Source: Nitrospinaceae bacterium
GTDB lineage: Bacteria; Nitrospinota_A; UBA7883; JAJDBK01
NCBI GenBank assembly: GCA_029261405.1
Contig: JAJDBK010000057.1
Location: 1,906 to 65,905, forward strand
Direction: 5' to 3'
Length of the DNA stretch: 64,000 nucleotides
The notes under the pieces are model-generated. The model worked only from the letters and a program-made list of their open reading frames with translations. It did no database searches and was not told where the DNA came from. Numbering within the stretch: the stretch's first letter is position 1; every line of letters starts with the position of its first letter. Made by a program: the position numbers and the translations under genes. This document shows, in pieces, positions 28,171 through 38,693 of the stretch.

Positions 28171-29684
28171 CGCTTTATCCGTGTGGTGTGTAACGAGCCC
28201 AGGCTCTCGTCCGGGGCCACGGTAAAACCGGTCACCTTGCGATCAGATACAGCCACGTTAACCGAATGCCAGAGCGATACATAAGGAATGTCTGAGGCGA
28301 TAATTTTCTGCGCCTTCGCATAGGCCGATTCGCGTTCCTTGCCCGTTACAACCCGGCCTTTATCGAGGAGTTTGTCGATTTCGCCGCTGATGTATCTTCC
28401 CCGGTTGGCGCCACCTGGCGGAAACGATGCGGAGTGAAAGATATAGTGGAATATATCGGGATCGGATATGCCGACCCATGTAAGTGAGAAGAGCTGGAAT
28501 CGCCCCTTCTTGATATTGGCGTAGAACGTACCCCACTCGTATGAGCGGATATCGAGGCCAATTCCAACCTTCTGTAACTGCCACTGGAAAACCTCGGCGA
28601 TCCTTTTACGCAACTCGTTCCGGGAAGTCGAGTATTCTACCCTGAACCGCACCTTCGGCCCGTCACCATCCGGGTCGGGAAATCCCGCCTCGTCGAGAAT
28701 CGATTTCGCCTTTTCAGGATCGTATTCGTAAGTCTCAACGTCCGGTTCATAAAACCTGTTGGCCACAGAGAGGGGACCAGTGGCGGGTTTCGCCAACCCC
28801 TTCAGGATATATCGCACAACACTCTCCCGGTCGATGGCGTGGGCGATAGCAAGCCTTATATCGTGTCTCCCCACCAGTTCATCCTCAAGGTTGAACCCCA
28901 GATAGGAATAGTTCGTGCCAAGCTTTTTAAACACCTTTAATTGTTCGTTCTTCGCAAGCCGTGGCAGAAGATCGGGTGTAATCGGATTCATGATAAGGTG
29001 AACCGAACCGCTCTCAAGCTCCAGGGTACGCACAGTCTCGTCAGGTATGATCCTGAACAGTAGAGAGTTAAGTTTCGGGGGGCCGTCGAAATAGGCGCCG
29101 TTGGCCGTCAACAGAAGTTTTTCGTCCCGACTGTATTCCGCAAGTTTGAAAAAACCGGTCCCTACAGGATTTTCGGTAATTTCTTTCCCGCTACCCGATG
29201 GAACAATCCCCATAGTCAGGTTTCCGAGAAAAGGGGCGTTTGGCTGGCGCAGGTTGTAGACCACCGTATAGTCGTCCGGGGCCTCGACCGATTCGACCAT
29301 CAGCATGGAGCTTCGGTGAGGCGATTTGTTGGCCGGATCAATCAGGAACTTGTATTGCGCGATAACATCCGCCGAGGTGAACTCTTTTCCGTTGTGGAAT
29401 TTTACATTGCGACGCAGGTTGAGCCGGTATTGGAGAGGTGTCGCAAGCTCCCAGCTTATGGCGAGGTCTGGGCCTATCGATGTGTCATCGTTCCTTTTGA
29501 CCAGCCCGTTATATATAAGATCGAAAATTTTAACCGACGTTGCGTCGGTGGCGAGACGGGGGTCGAGAGTTCGTGGACCCGACTCTATAGCGATGACCAG
29601 GGCGCCGGGAGGTGTTTTCTGCCTCTCCACGCACGACACGCACAAAAAGGCCAACAAAAGTATGCGGGTGACGAAAAGGATCAC
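28167..29684 (-). CDS. ABC transporter solute-binding lipoprotein, family 5
   Basis: Lipobox CVSC, TLDP, PDLA.SW, VKFHNG, PVGTG.F; GTG start overlaps the purD stop. Confidence 0.9.
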   Translation of the reverse strand: MILFVTRILLLAFLCVSCVERQKTPPGALVIAIESGPRTLDPRLATDATSVKIFDLIYNGLVKRNDDTSIGPDLAISWELATPLQYRLNLRRNVKFHNGKEFTSADVIAQYKFLIDPANKSPHRSSMLMVESVEAPDDYTVVYNLRQPNAPFLGNLTMGIVPSGSGKEITENPVGTGFFKLAEYSRDEKLLLTANGAYFDGPPKLNSLLFRIIPDETVRTLELESGSVHLIMNPITPDLLPRLAKNEQLKVFKKLGTNYSYLGFNLEDELVGRHDIRLAIAHAIDRESVVRYILKGLAKPATGPLSVANRFYEPDVETYEYDPEKAKSILDEAGFPDPDGDGPKVRFRVEYSTSRNELRKRIAEVFQWQLQKVGIGLDIRSYEWGTFYANIKKGRFQLFSLTWVGISDPDIFHYIFHSASFPPGGANRGRYISGEIDKLLDKGRVVTGKERESAYAKAQKIIASDIPYVSLWHSVNVAVSDRKVTGFTVAPDESLGSLHTTRIKR

Positions 29685-30946
29685 CTGTCGATGGCCTTGC
29701 GACCGATATCCTTCCGGTAATACGCGCCATCCCATTCTATTTTCGCCACACCAGAGTATGCTTTTTCGATGGCGTCGGCTACGGTGGCCCCTGTAGCGGT
29801 CACACCCAGAACACGCCCACCTGTGGTAACTACTCCGTTATCTCCAAGCGCAGTCCCGGCGTGAAACACCTTTACACTCGCCAACTCTTCGGCTGATTCG
29901 ATTCCGGTAATGACCTTACCCTTCTCGTAAGAGCCGGGATAACCTTCCGAGGCCATCACCACACAGACAGCCGCCTCTTCTCTCCATTCAGAAGCGACAC
30001 CTTTCAGCTCCCCTTTGGCGCAAGCTAGCAGTATAGGGACAATATCGCTCTCAAGACGCATCAGGATCGGTTGGCACTCCGGGTCACCGAACCGGCAGTT
30101 AAACTCCAGAACTTTCGGGCCATCTTCTGTAATCATCAACCCGGCGTAGAGAATCCCCCTGTATGGCGCCCCTTCAGCCCGCATGGTCTCAAGGGTTTTG
30201 CGCATGACGTTATCGAAGATCCAGGCCGACATCTCCTCCGTCACCACCGGCGCAGGGGAGTAGGCGCCCATGCCACCTGTATTGGGGCCGGTGTCGTTCT
30301 CACCTATCCGCTTATGGTCCTGGGAGGATGGCATCATCATTACATCATTGCCATCGCAAAAAGCCAGGATAGAGGCCTCCTCACCGTCGAGGGTTTCTTC
30401 GAGAATAATGTTCGAGCCAGCGGCGCCAAAAGTGTTCTGAACCAGCATTGAGTCGATAGCCTCGACAGCCTCCGCGCGGGACGTAGCCACTACTACACCC
30501 TTGCCGGCGGCAAGCCCATCGGCTTTCACCACCACCCGCTCACCGAATTTTTCGAGGGCCAAAACAGCCTTGTCCCGGTCGTCATGGACCTCATATCTGG
30601 CTGTGGGCACACCAGCTTTTACAAGGATATCTTTCATGAACGCTTTTGACGCCTCGAGCCGGGCGGATTTCATCGAAGGGCCAAACGCCACCAGACCTTC
30701 CGCCTCGAACCTGTCTACAATACCAGCCGCCAATGGCGCCTCCGGACCCACGACAGTCAGGCCGATTTTTTTATCTTTCGCAAATGCAACGAGTCCGTCG
30801 ATATCTTCGGCGGCGATGGCGACATTGTTATTCGTTCCGGCGTTTCCGGGGGCGCAATAAAGCTCCCCCACCATATCGCTTTGACCTATCTTCCATACCA
30901 GCGCGCTCTCCCGCCCGCCAGACCCGACCACCAACACGTTAAGCAC
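29681..30946 (-). CDS. purD: Phosphoribosylamine-glycine ligase
   Basis: VGSGGRE, APGNAG, VVGPEAPL, KADGLAAGKGV, GPNTGGMGAYSP, RFGDPE. Confidence 0.98.
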   Translation of the reverse strand: MLNVLVVGSGGRESALVWKIGQSDMVGELYCAPGNAGTNNNVAIAAEDIDGLVAFAKDKKIGLTVVGPEAPLAAGIVDRFEAEGLVAFGPSMKSARLEASKAFMKDILVKAGVPTARYEVHDDRDKAVLALEKFGERVVVKADGLAAGKGVVVATSRAEAVEAIDSMLVQNTFGAAGSNIILEETLDGEEASILAFCDGNDVMMMPSSQDHKRIGENDTGPNTGGMGAYSPAPVVTEEMSAWIFDNVMRKTLETMRAEGAPYRGILYAGLMITEDGPKVLEFNCRFGDPECQPILMRLESDIVPILLACAKGELKGVASEWREEAAVCVVMASEGYPGSYEKGKVITGIESAEELASVKVFHAGTALGDNGVVTTGGRVLGVTATGATVADAIEKAYSGVAKIEWDGAYYRKDIGRKAIDR

Positions 30947-32003
30947 TTTTAATCTCCTCAACGAACTTTTTAACCTCTTCCATCAGCGCGTCCCGCATTT
31001 CATCCTCCCTGACTCTCTTCACCGTCACACCCTTTCGGAATATCAGTCCGACACCATCGCCTCCGGCAAGCCCGACATCCGCCTCCCGCGCTTCTCCCGG
31101 ACCGTTGACCACACAACCCATAATTGCCACGGTTATTTTATCTTTCATCCCGCCGAGCGCCTCCTCCACATCGGCGGCTATATTTACAAGATCGATCTTG
31201 CATCTGCCGCATGTGGGGCAGGAAACAATTTCAGGGCCAGCGTCACGCAGTCTTAACGATTTTAATATCTCAAAGGCGACCTTGATCTCCTGCACAGGGT
31301 CACCCGTGAGCGATACCCGCATGGTGTCGCCAAGCCCTGAATAGAGAAGAACGCCGATTCCGACAGCCGACTTTACCGTACCCGCCACACCGGCGCCAGC
31401 TTCCGAAATACCGATATGAAAAGGGTAATCGACCTTTTCGGCCAGCAGGTGGTACGCCTCCACCGTAACAGGAACATTCGACGCTTTAAGCGACACCTTT
31501 ATCTCGCGATAATCAAGCTCCTCCAGGATTCGGATGTGATCCAGACCCGACTCGACCATCGCCTCCGCCGTGGGCCCACCATATTTGGAGAGTAGCTCCG
31601 GGGTGAGCGATCCGGCGTTTACACCTATGCGGATCGGAATATTTTTTTCGCTGGCGGCTTTTACCACCTCTTCCACCCTGTACCGGGCGCCTATATTTCC
31701 CGGATTGAGCCGCAACCCGTCCGCTCCCTCCTCTATCGCTTTTATTGCAAGCCGGTAATCGAAATGGATATCGGCGATCAGGGGAATTTTCGTTCTTTTC
31801 TTTATCTCGCCAAGACAGTTCGCCGCTCTCATATCAGGTACGGCTACGCGCACGATCTCACATCCCGCTTCGGTCAAAGCCTCGATCTGGGAAACCGTGC
31901 TGTCTATATCAGAGGTGTCGGTGTTGGTCATCGACTGGACGCTGACCCTCTCACCACCCCCTATCGCAACACCTCCTACGGTTATCTTTCTTGTTGAGCG
32001 CAT
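30939..32003 (-). CDS. ispG: (E)-4-hydroxy-3-methylbut-2-enyl-diphosphate synthase
   Basis: VQSMTNT, ADIHF, RLNPGN, SCPTCGR, MGCVVNGPGE. Confidence 0.98.
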   Translation of the reverse strand: MRSTRKITVGGVAIGGGERVSVQSMTNTDTSDIDSTVSQIEALTEAGCEIVRVAVPDMRAANCLGEIKKRTKIPLIADIHFDYRLAIKAIEEGADGLRLNPGNIGARYRVEEVVKAASEKNIPIRIGVNAGSLTPELLSKYGGPTAEAMVESGLDHIRILEELDYREIKVSLKASNVPVTVEAYHLLAEKVDYPFHIGISEAGAGVAGTVKSAVGIGVLLYSGLGDTMRVSLTGDPVQEIKVAFEILKSLRLRDAGPEIVSCPTCGRCKIDLVNIAADVEEALGGMKDKITVAIMGCVVNGPGEAREADVGLAGGDGVGLIFRKGVTVKRVREDEMRDALMEEVKKFVEEIKSA

Positions 32004-32012
32004 GAGAGGATT

Positions 32013-33125
32013 CTACCGTTTCGAGAAAAACGCCAGCTGTTTACCGGTCTTCTTGTTCTCGTTCTTCCAGAAAGCTATCAGGTTCTTTTCGTCCTGGTAT
32101 TCGATGACAGCCTTCGGTTCGCCGTCAAGCCACTTCGCTATGTTGCTGTGCAGGGAGACCGCCCCTTCATACTCACCCTTCTTAACCATACTGCAAAGCC
32201 TGGCCATCTTCAGACCGTAAGATACATCCGGGTATTTTTTATCCGACAGATCTTTCTTCTTGTTGATCGCCTCTATCTCACTGAACCATTTGGTCGCGTC
32301 GTCGCAACGACGCTCCACCAGGGCGACACGCCCCAAAACCCAACGCGAGATGGTGTCCCGCGTAAACTTCTCTTCCATGATGGTAGCCAGTCTCTTGGCC
32401 TCAGAGTATTTCCTGTCGTAAAGACGAATCCACATCAGGGCGGAGACCGCGTAATCATCGGAGAGGGCGTTTCTGCCGATGGCGCGTTCTATCAGACTAA
32501 TACCCTCCTTGCGCATATCCTTCCCCTTGGTGATGAATTTCGTTATTATCCATCCAAGAATTCCACCCTCCTCCCGGCTTTTGCGACTGGCGAAATAGTA
32601 GACCATGCCAAGACCGAAATAGGTGTCGGGGATGTCGGGACGCTCTTTTGCCACCTGTTCGAGGTTGTCCCTCGCCTTGATGGCTTGCCGAAACGCGCTT
32701 ATAAGGTTTCGCTGTTTAGCGTCGAGCAGACCAGTGTATCCGTGGATCGCGCCCAGGTACATCCGCGCCACAGAGTCTTTTTTATTCTTTACGAGCCGTC
32801 GTTTGCAGATATCGGAAAGTTTGGTTGAGTATTTACGATAACGGGATAGCTCGGTCAGGTCGTTATATTTCTGGATCTTCTCCTGTACCCCGACGGCGTA
32901 AAAGAAATAACCTTCGGGAGCTTTTCTGTGACTGTCTATATACTCCTGGAAAATCGTGAGCCCCTCTTCGAAATCTGTATCGGCGATCTTGAAGATTCCC
33001 TCCCTGATCCGACTCTCCCAGGCCGGGTCCATCAGGTCCGTGGCGCACCACGCCTGTTTCGCTCCGGAGATGACTGTCAGAGCGACCAACACGATTATCA
33101 GGACAGCATTTTTACAAGAGGACAT
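32013..33125 (-). CDS. Exported TPR-like hypothetical protein
   Basis: Signal peptide; helical repeats such as PD.YFGLG..YY. Confidence 0.65.
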   Translation of the reverse strand: MSSCKNAVLIIVLVALTVISGAKQAWCATDLMDPAWESRIREGIFKIADTDFEEGLTIFQEYIDSHRKAPEGYFFYAVGVQEKIQKYNDLTELSRYRKYSTKLSDICKRRLVKNKKDSVARMYLGAIHGYTGLLDAKQRNLISAFRQAIKARDNLEQVAKERPDIPDTYFGLGMVYYFASRKSREEGGILGWIITKFITKGKDMRKEGISLIERAIGRNALSDDYAVSALMWIRLYDRKYSEAKRLATIMEEKFTRDTISRWVLGRVALVERRCDDATKWFSEIEAINKKKDLSDKKYPDVSYGLKMARLCSMVKKGEYEGAVSLHSNIAKWLDGEPKAVIEYQDEKNLIAFWKNENKKTGKQLAFFSKR

Positions 33126-33225
33126 ACAAACACACTATAAAGCCGTAGACGTTGACGCGCAACCTGTCCCGGCGGGATAATGGATGAAGAAAAGTTATAT
33201 ATTTAACCATATTTGATCGAAAACC

Positions 33226-34920
33226 ATGTCAGTTTCCTCCTTTCCGACATTGATGAAAGCGCGTAGCCGCCTGATATTTAACAATGCCACGGCGGGAGGT
33301 TATAAAAACGTCTGGAAATACACTTTTGTAGCTCTACTCGCTCTTGGGTTCGTGACAGGTGACTATCTGTTTTTCCGGCGGCTCTTTGTCTATTTCAACG
33401 ATCTTCCGATGGACGTGGGGGAGATTCTGATAATTCAGCTGGTAAACACCCTCTGCCTCACTTTTTTTTCGATGCTGATTTTCTCCAATATTATCGCATC
33501 AATCTCCACCCTTTTCCTCTCAAGGGATCTTGATCTGCTACATTCATCCCCAATTCCGATATTCAGCCTCTTCATTTCAAGACTGATCCAGACGTTGGTT
33601 AATTCATCCTGGATGGCGCTCCTCTTCGCCTTGCCGGTATTTGTGGCCTATGGAGAGCTCTATTATGCAAGTTTTGCTTATTACATCTCTCTCCCGTTTC
33701 TTTTTCTTCCGTTTCTCATTATCGCCTGCTCGTCTGGTGTAACCCTGACGTTATGCCTGATGCGGTTTTTCCCGGCCAAACGGACATACCAGATCATGTC
33801 TTTTATCGGGGTGGTATTCATCGGCGCTCTGGTTATGTTTTTTCGTTTCCTGCAACCTGAAAAATATGTCGGCAAGGATGTGCCGAAAGAGATGATTATC
33901 TCATTCGTAGAACAACTCAAGACACCCGATTATCCGTGGCTCCCCTCTTCTACTCTCGCAAGCGCCCTCAAGGCCGGGGCATTCTCCGACTGGTCAGTAT
34001 TTCTCGGCAAATTCTCCCTGCTGTGGGGTATTGCGCTTATTGCCACCACAATAGCGTCTCTGGTGGCTGTAAAAATCTACTACGCCGGATGGTCCGGGAC
34101 ATCAGGATCGGGGGAGATCGCCACTCCGGGAAAAGAGCGGCTACTCTATCGTGTTACCCGGATATTCCTTTCGACAATAAAAACTCCCCCCGACATGCGA
34201 GCGATCCTGATGAAGGATATGAAACTGTTCTGGCGGGAGACGAGTCAGTGGTCCCAGCTTTTCATGCTGGGAGCGCTGGTGGTGGTATATCTATTCAACA
34301 TAAGAAACCTCCCCTTGGAGACGTTCTACCTTCGTAACATCGTTTCGGTGATGAACATCGGTCTTGCCGGCATAGTTCTGGCCGCGGTGGCGGCGAGGTT
34401 CGTATTCGCAACCACAAGCGTCGAGGGGAGAAGTTTTTGGGCGGTCCATTCGGCTCCGATCAGTTTCACCCGATTCCTGTGGGCGAAATTTTTTCTTTAC
34501 GTCATACCGTTGCTTGTTATGGCCGAAGCCCTTGTGGTGATATCGAACATCTTCCTTGGTGTGGACGCTTTTGTCATTTCGATCTCAGCCGGGGCTATCG
34601 CATTGATGACTCTCGGCCTTACGGGGCTTGGGGTAGGTCTTGGAGCGACCTGGCCAAGGTTTGATTTCGAGAACGTAGCCGAGATTGGCGCATCCACCGG
34701 CGCTATCGTATATATGATTATCTCCCTCATATACGCTGGCGTATCGGTCAGTCTGGTGGCAAAACCGGTTCAGGCCCATCTGATGTGGATCTTCATGCAA
34801 CGCGACATAATGGGACCTGCGGTATATCTCTCCTACATCGGATTCATTTTATTGACTATACTGTTCGTTATCGTTCCGATGCGTATCGGAGTGCGAAGTC
34901 TTGATAATATGGAAACTTAG
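33226..34920 (+). CDS. Putative ABC-2-type exporter permease
   Basis: Many TM helices; LFLSRDLDLL.S.P, KD.KLF.R...QW.Q, S.EG..FW...SAP. Confidence 0.8.
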   Translation: MSVSSFPTLMKARSRLIFNNATAGGYKNVWKYTFVALLALGFVTGDYLFFRRLFVYFNDLPMDVGEILIIQLVNTLCLTFFSMLIFSNIIASISTLFLSRDLDLLHSSPIPIFSLFISRLIQTLVNSSWMALLFALPVFVAYGELYYASFAYYISLPFLFLPFLIIACSSGVTLTLCLMRFFPAKRTYQIMSFIGVVFIGALVMFFRFLQPEKYVGKDVPKEMIISFVEQLKTPDYPWLPSSTLASALKAGAFSDWSVFLGKFSLLWGIALIATTIASLVAVKIYYAGWSGTSGSGEIATPGKERLLYRVTRIFLSTIKTPPDMRAILMKDMKLFWRETSQWSQLFMLGALVVVYLFNIRNLPLETFYLRNIVSVMNIGLAGIVLAAVAARFVFATTSVEGRSFWAVHSAPISFTRFLWAKFFLYVIPLLVMAEALVVISNIFLGVDAFVISISAGAIALMTLGLTGLGVGLGATWPRFDFENVAEIGASTGAIVYMIISLIYAGVSVSLVAKPVQAHLMWIFMQRDIMGPAVYLSYIGFILLTILFVIVPMRIGVRSLDNMET

Positions 34921-34932
34921 GAAGTAGAGACC

Positions 34933-35400
34933 ATGAAGTATAACGAGGCGGACAAAGAGCGGTGGGTGCGCCTTCTGATGGGGATCAATTTCTTCTCCGG
35001 ACTAAACAAGGAACAACTCGAGACTTTCCTGCTGGCCGGAGAGATTATGCGGTTCAAGTTTCACGAATATATTTTCAAGGAGGGGGAGGAGCGTTACTGT
35101 TTTTATGTGATTCTGAAAGGCGCCGTCAAGCTATTGAAACTAGGCACCATGAACGTGATAAAGGATATCGGCACACTGCCCGCCGGAACCTGTTTAGGTG
35201 AGATGGGCCTGTTATTGGGAGAAAAGCGGACCGCATCGGCCCTGGCGGCGGACGAATGTTATATCTACAAGGTCAACCGGGAAGAGATCGAACTTATGCC
35301 TGAAGAGCTCAAAGCGATCCTGTATTACCGGTTCGCGGTGATGCTTGCCGAGCGATTGAAAACCACCACGGAATCGCTCATCAAACCGTATACGGGATAA
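34933..35400 (+). CDS. Cyclic nucleotide-binding domain protein
   Basis: IFKEGE, FYVILKG.V, GEMGLL...RTAS. Confidence 0.9.
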   Translation: MKYNEADKERWVRLLMGINFFSGLNKEQLETFLLAGEIMRFKFHEYIFKEGEERYCFYVILKGAVKLLKLGTMNVIKDIGTLPAGTCLGEMGLLLGEKRTASALAADECYIYKVNREEIELMPEELKAILYYRFAVMLAERLKTTTESLIKPYTG

Positions 35401-36730
35401 AGTTCAGGCTGACGAGGTTTTCCGGATCCGTAGCTGTAATGATTTCGGTATCGATGTAAAGTCCGGCAACGTATAAAACCCTCGATCCGCTGGCGACAAG
35501 CGGGATGGCGTCCCTTGATGGTCGCGGAACCTTTTTTTCTATCAGGAGTTTTTTGAGCTTCTTTCTCTTCTTGCTGTTCGGCAAGTAAAGAAAATCCCCC
35601 TCCCTCCTGCCTCTGACCTGTGTCTCTTCCGGGATCTTTCTGGTGTCAATGGTGATCCCTTCGGAAACTCCACCATTGGTAACCATCAGGGTTCCTGCGG
35701 AGGTGGTCACCGTCATAGGGCATGAGAAGGGACTCGCCGTTATGCGGTCCACCTGAATGTCGGCCCCTATGGATAGCCCCGCATGATCGAGACGGATCAC
35801 AATACCACCCGGACCCTCGATGACTCTCCCTAACCGGTTATTTGCGAGCATGTTGTCGATGGCCTCAATCCGCTCCATCGACATTACAGATGGATCGAAC
35901 CCGGCTTTTGTTATAGCCTGCCGGTATATCTCGTATCTGATGGCCGCTGGCTCGCAGAAGAGCAGGTCGGGAATTAACGTAACCTTGTTCGATACGTCTG
36001 AACGCAGAACGACAGACGGAAATTTCCGTTCCGCAATGCTGGTAATAACCTTACCCTGCTCACGGCATAAGAGCGCAAGCCGGGCCACGGAATCTATCGA
36101 ACCTTTGGAAAGCCCTTTCATTACCGGGATGAGCCTTCGCCGTATCCGGTTTCTCATGTAAAGATCGGTCTCGTTTGTCGGGTCGGCGCTGAATTCAACG
36201 CCTGTAGTATCGAGCCAGCGTAAAATCCAGGCTTTACTGACATCGATCAACGGTCTGATGTAGATGTCCCGCACAGGAGCGATACCGCCGAAAGCTGAAG
36301 GCCCGGCGCCCCTCAACATCCACATCAGGGATGTTTCGACACTATCATCTTTCGTATGACCTGTGGCGATGATGTCGCAATACCGCTCCTCCTTGAGACG
36401 GTCGAAGAAACGATATCGCATTTTTCGACCCTTCTCCTGTGCGCCGCTGGCCGGTTTACCATCGTTATTTCTCTCGGAAATGAATGGCGCTTCGATCTTT
36501 TCCGCAGTCTGTCGGGCGAATGTTTCGTCTTTGTCCGAGTCATCCCGGAAAGCGTGATCGAAATGGCAGGTTTTAACACTGAATCCGAGATGTGGCGCCA
36601 GTTTATGGAGGATCGCAAGTAGAGCTGTGGAATCGGGTCCGCCGGAGAGAGCCACGCAAACAACGCCCCCTTCCGGAATCATCTGGTGGCGCGTAATGGT
36701 CTCCCTGACCTTTTGTACGACCTTATCCAT
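35381..36730 (-). CDS. tilS: tRNA(Ile)-lysidine synthase
   Basis: VALSGGPDS, GHTKDD..ET, IRPL, DPTN....RNRIR. Confidence 0.95.
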   Translation of the reverse strand: MDKVVQKVRETITRHQMIPEGGVVCVALSGGPDSTALLAILHKLAPHLGFSVKTCHFDHAFRDDSDKDETFARQTAEKIEAPFISERNNDGKPASGAQEKGRKMRYRFFDRLKEERYCDIIATGHTKDDSVETSLMWMLRGAGPSAFGGIAPVRDIYIRPLIDVSKAWILRWLDTTGVEFSADPTNETDLYMRNRIRRRLIPVMKGLSKGSIDSVARLALLCREQGKVITSIAERKFPSVVLRSDVSNKVTLIPDLLFCEPAAIRYEIYRQAITKAGFDPSVMSMERIEAIDNMLANNRLGRVIEGPGGIVIRLDHAGLSIGADIQVDRITASPFSCPMTVTTSAGTLMVTNGGVSEGITIDTRKIPEETQVRGRREGDFLYLPNSKKRKKLKKLLIEKKVPRPSRDAIPLVASGSRVLYVAGLYIDTEIITATDPENLVSLNFIPYTV

Positions 36731-36737
36731 CGGTCAT

Positions 36738-37718
36738 TTAAGACTTCTCCTCGCTCCAGTCGAATGTGACACGTTCGGATTCGTACCAGACACACGAATT
36801 GTTCATACCCGGATTTTTCCGTCCGATATCGACAGGAATAGAGCTTATCGGCGTTCTTGCCATCTGAAGGAACAGGTCGGCGCGCTCGTCACGACGCTCC
36901 AGGTACTCCTCCACTATTTCGATGGCCTCTCTTCGTGAATGGGCGTTTACGAAAAGGGAGGAATAAAAACCTTTCGCCACCTTGTTCGTATAGGTTACAG
37001 GAGAGCATCCTCTCAACTCCACACTCCAGCACTCCATTATGAGAGGGGAACTGGCTGAATCGGGGTCGTCCCCTTCATCCTCATCCAGATAGAGGTCGTA
37101 GGTGTCGGCCATATCCTCGAAAGCCGTGAGATAATCGACACCAGACTCCCCCTCTATCGGAAGCGGTTCGTGGTAGTGCGGTTTGTCCCAGAAGACCTCA
37201 TGGATGAACATGAAAGGTATTGCGAGTTTTTCAAGCGCCTTCTCCACCTTCTCCGGGTCCTGGTGGTAGACATTAATGGTTTTGTGCTCGTCGAGAAAAA
37301 CTTCGCTCGCCTGCCCTTCGGAGAACAGGCCTATACCTAAAAAGCCATCGTCGGTTACCACGTCCTTCCACTCGTATATCCACGACAACACTTTTTCGCG
37401 GGGTGAAGTGGTTTCGGAGAGGTAGGTGTCGCTTTCCCGGTAATAGTCGCCGGAATGGACTCTGGCCACGAGATATATATCTTTCGGAAGAAGCCTTGAT
37501 AAGGTGGTGAACAGATCCATGATCCGCTCGTGGGAGACTGTGATCTGGTAATGAAAGCAGGTCTCATCCCGAAGGTACCTTGAGTCGTATCCCTCTTTTT
37601 GGGAAAAATGACTCTCCGGGTAAACCCCGAACGGATACACAAAACCGCCCTCGGTTTTCCGGTGGAACAGGCCCTCGACCGGTTGCGCCCTCTCTTTACT
37701 CGGTTTCCTCTCTTCCAT
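36738..37718 (-). CDS. Hypothetical protein (acidic)
   Basis: 326-aa ORF co-oriented with tilS, 7-bp gap; no motif recognised. Confidence 0.7.
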   Translation of the reverse strand: MEERKPSKERAQPVEGLFHRKTEGGFVYPFGVYPESHFSQKEGYDSRYLRDETCFHYQITVSHERIMDLFTTLSRLLPKDIYLVARVHSGDYYRESDTYLSETTSPREKVLSWIYEWKDVVTDDGFLGIGLFSEGQASEVFLDEHKTINVYHQDPEKVEKALEKLAIPFMFIHEVFWDKPHYHEPLPIEGESGVDYLTAFEDMADTYDLYLDEDEGDDPDSASSPLIMECWSVELRGCSPVTYTNKVAKGFYSSLFVNAHSRREAIEIVEEYLERRDERADLFLQMARTPISSIPVDIGRKNPGMNNSCVWYESERVTFDWSEEKS

Positions 37719-37770
37719 ACCTACTATTATCTGAGTTTATCCGCCTTTTGACAACCACGGAATATTAATA

Positions 37771-37878
37771 GCCACGCCACTCATCCTGGTGGCGCCACCA
37801 TATCACCGTGGTCGCGCCACCATATCGCTGTGACCGCGCCACTCGCCGTGGCCGCGCCACTCGCTGTGGCCGCGCCAC
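37771..37878. repeat. Tandem array of 13-nt mini-hairpins (GTGG-N5-CCAC), period 18-22 nt
   Basis: Units at 37808, 37830, 37848 and 37866 plus decayed copies upstream; abuts the stop codon at 37879. Confidence 0.85.
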
Positions 37879-38637
37879 TTAGCCGATATTCTCCGGCAGT
37901 TCCACCTTGATACTCTTTATCAGCGTATCCAGTAACGCCTTGTCGTAGGAGTCGATATCCCTGAACTGAACGGCTACCAGGATAAAATTACGCACGTTCG
38001 GATTATCCTTGTCCCGTTCGATCCGGACCAGTTCACCTTTCAGCCGCATGTCACCGGTTTCGACCGATATGGCAACGCTTACTTCGTCGTATATGAGAAT
38101 GCCATCCTGTTTGTTGAAATGAGGGGTTCTGACCATGCAACCTCCATCCGAGATATCTACGAGGGTTGCGGTCTGGACCTTGTTTCCGCCATCAAAAGAG
38201 AGTTGGGCCGGAAGGTCGTTACACGACTTGAAACGCTCTAAAATTCTCCGTTCGCAAGAGAGAAATATTTTCCTTATTTTCTGGATCAGCGTTGATGCGG
38301 AGAAAGGTTTTATCAATACGTCCGAAACCCCGGCCTGAACCGCCGATACCAGAGTGTATTTGTCGTCCCGGCTTGTCATTATCATGAAGGGAATATCTGT
38401 GAGATCGGGATGATTGCGGACCTTCAGGAGAAATTCGTCGCCGGTCATACCCGGCATCTCCCAGTCGCTTATGATCCAGTCGATCTTCTCGCCCGACTCG
38501 ATCAGATCCCACGCCTCCTCGCCGGTCCTTGCCTCCACAACCTTTCGGCAGTTAAGCTGGTCAATGAGGATTTTTTTCGCTACAGTCCTGGGGGTGGGGT
38601 GGTGAGCGGCGATCAGAACGGTTGTATGTCTTAACAT
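37879..38637 (-). CDS. Receiver-PilZ protein (paralog 2, degenerate acidic pocket)
   Basis: LIAAHH, IISDWEMPGM, KPF; PilZ RRILER and DISDGG. Confidence 0.88.
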   Translation of the reverse strand: MLRHTTVLIAAHHPTPRTVAKKILIDQLNCRKVVEARTGEEAWDLIESGEKIDWIISDWEMPGMTGDEFLLKVRNHPDLTDIPFMIMTSRDDKYTLVSAVQAGVSDVLIKPFSASTLIQKIRKIFLSCERRILERFKSCNDLPAQLSFDGGNKVQTATLVDISDGGCMVRTPHFNKQDGILIYDEVSVAISVETGDMRLKGELVRIERDKDNPNVRNFILVAVQFRDIDSYDKALLDTLIKSIKVELPENIG

Positions 38638-38693
38638 GATAATTTCACTTTAAAGTTTCCAGGAGCCTTTTGGACTCCTTGTATTTACGCCCG

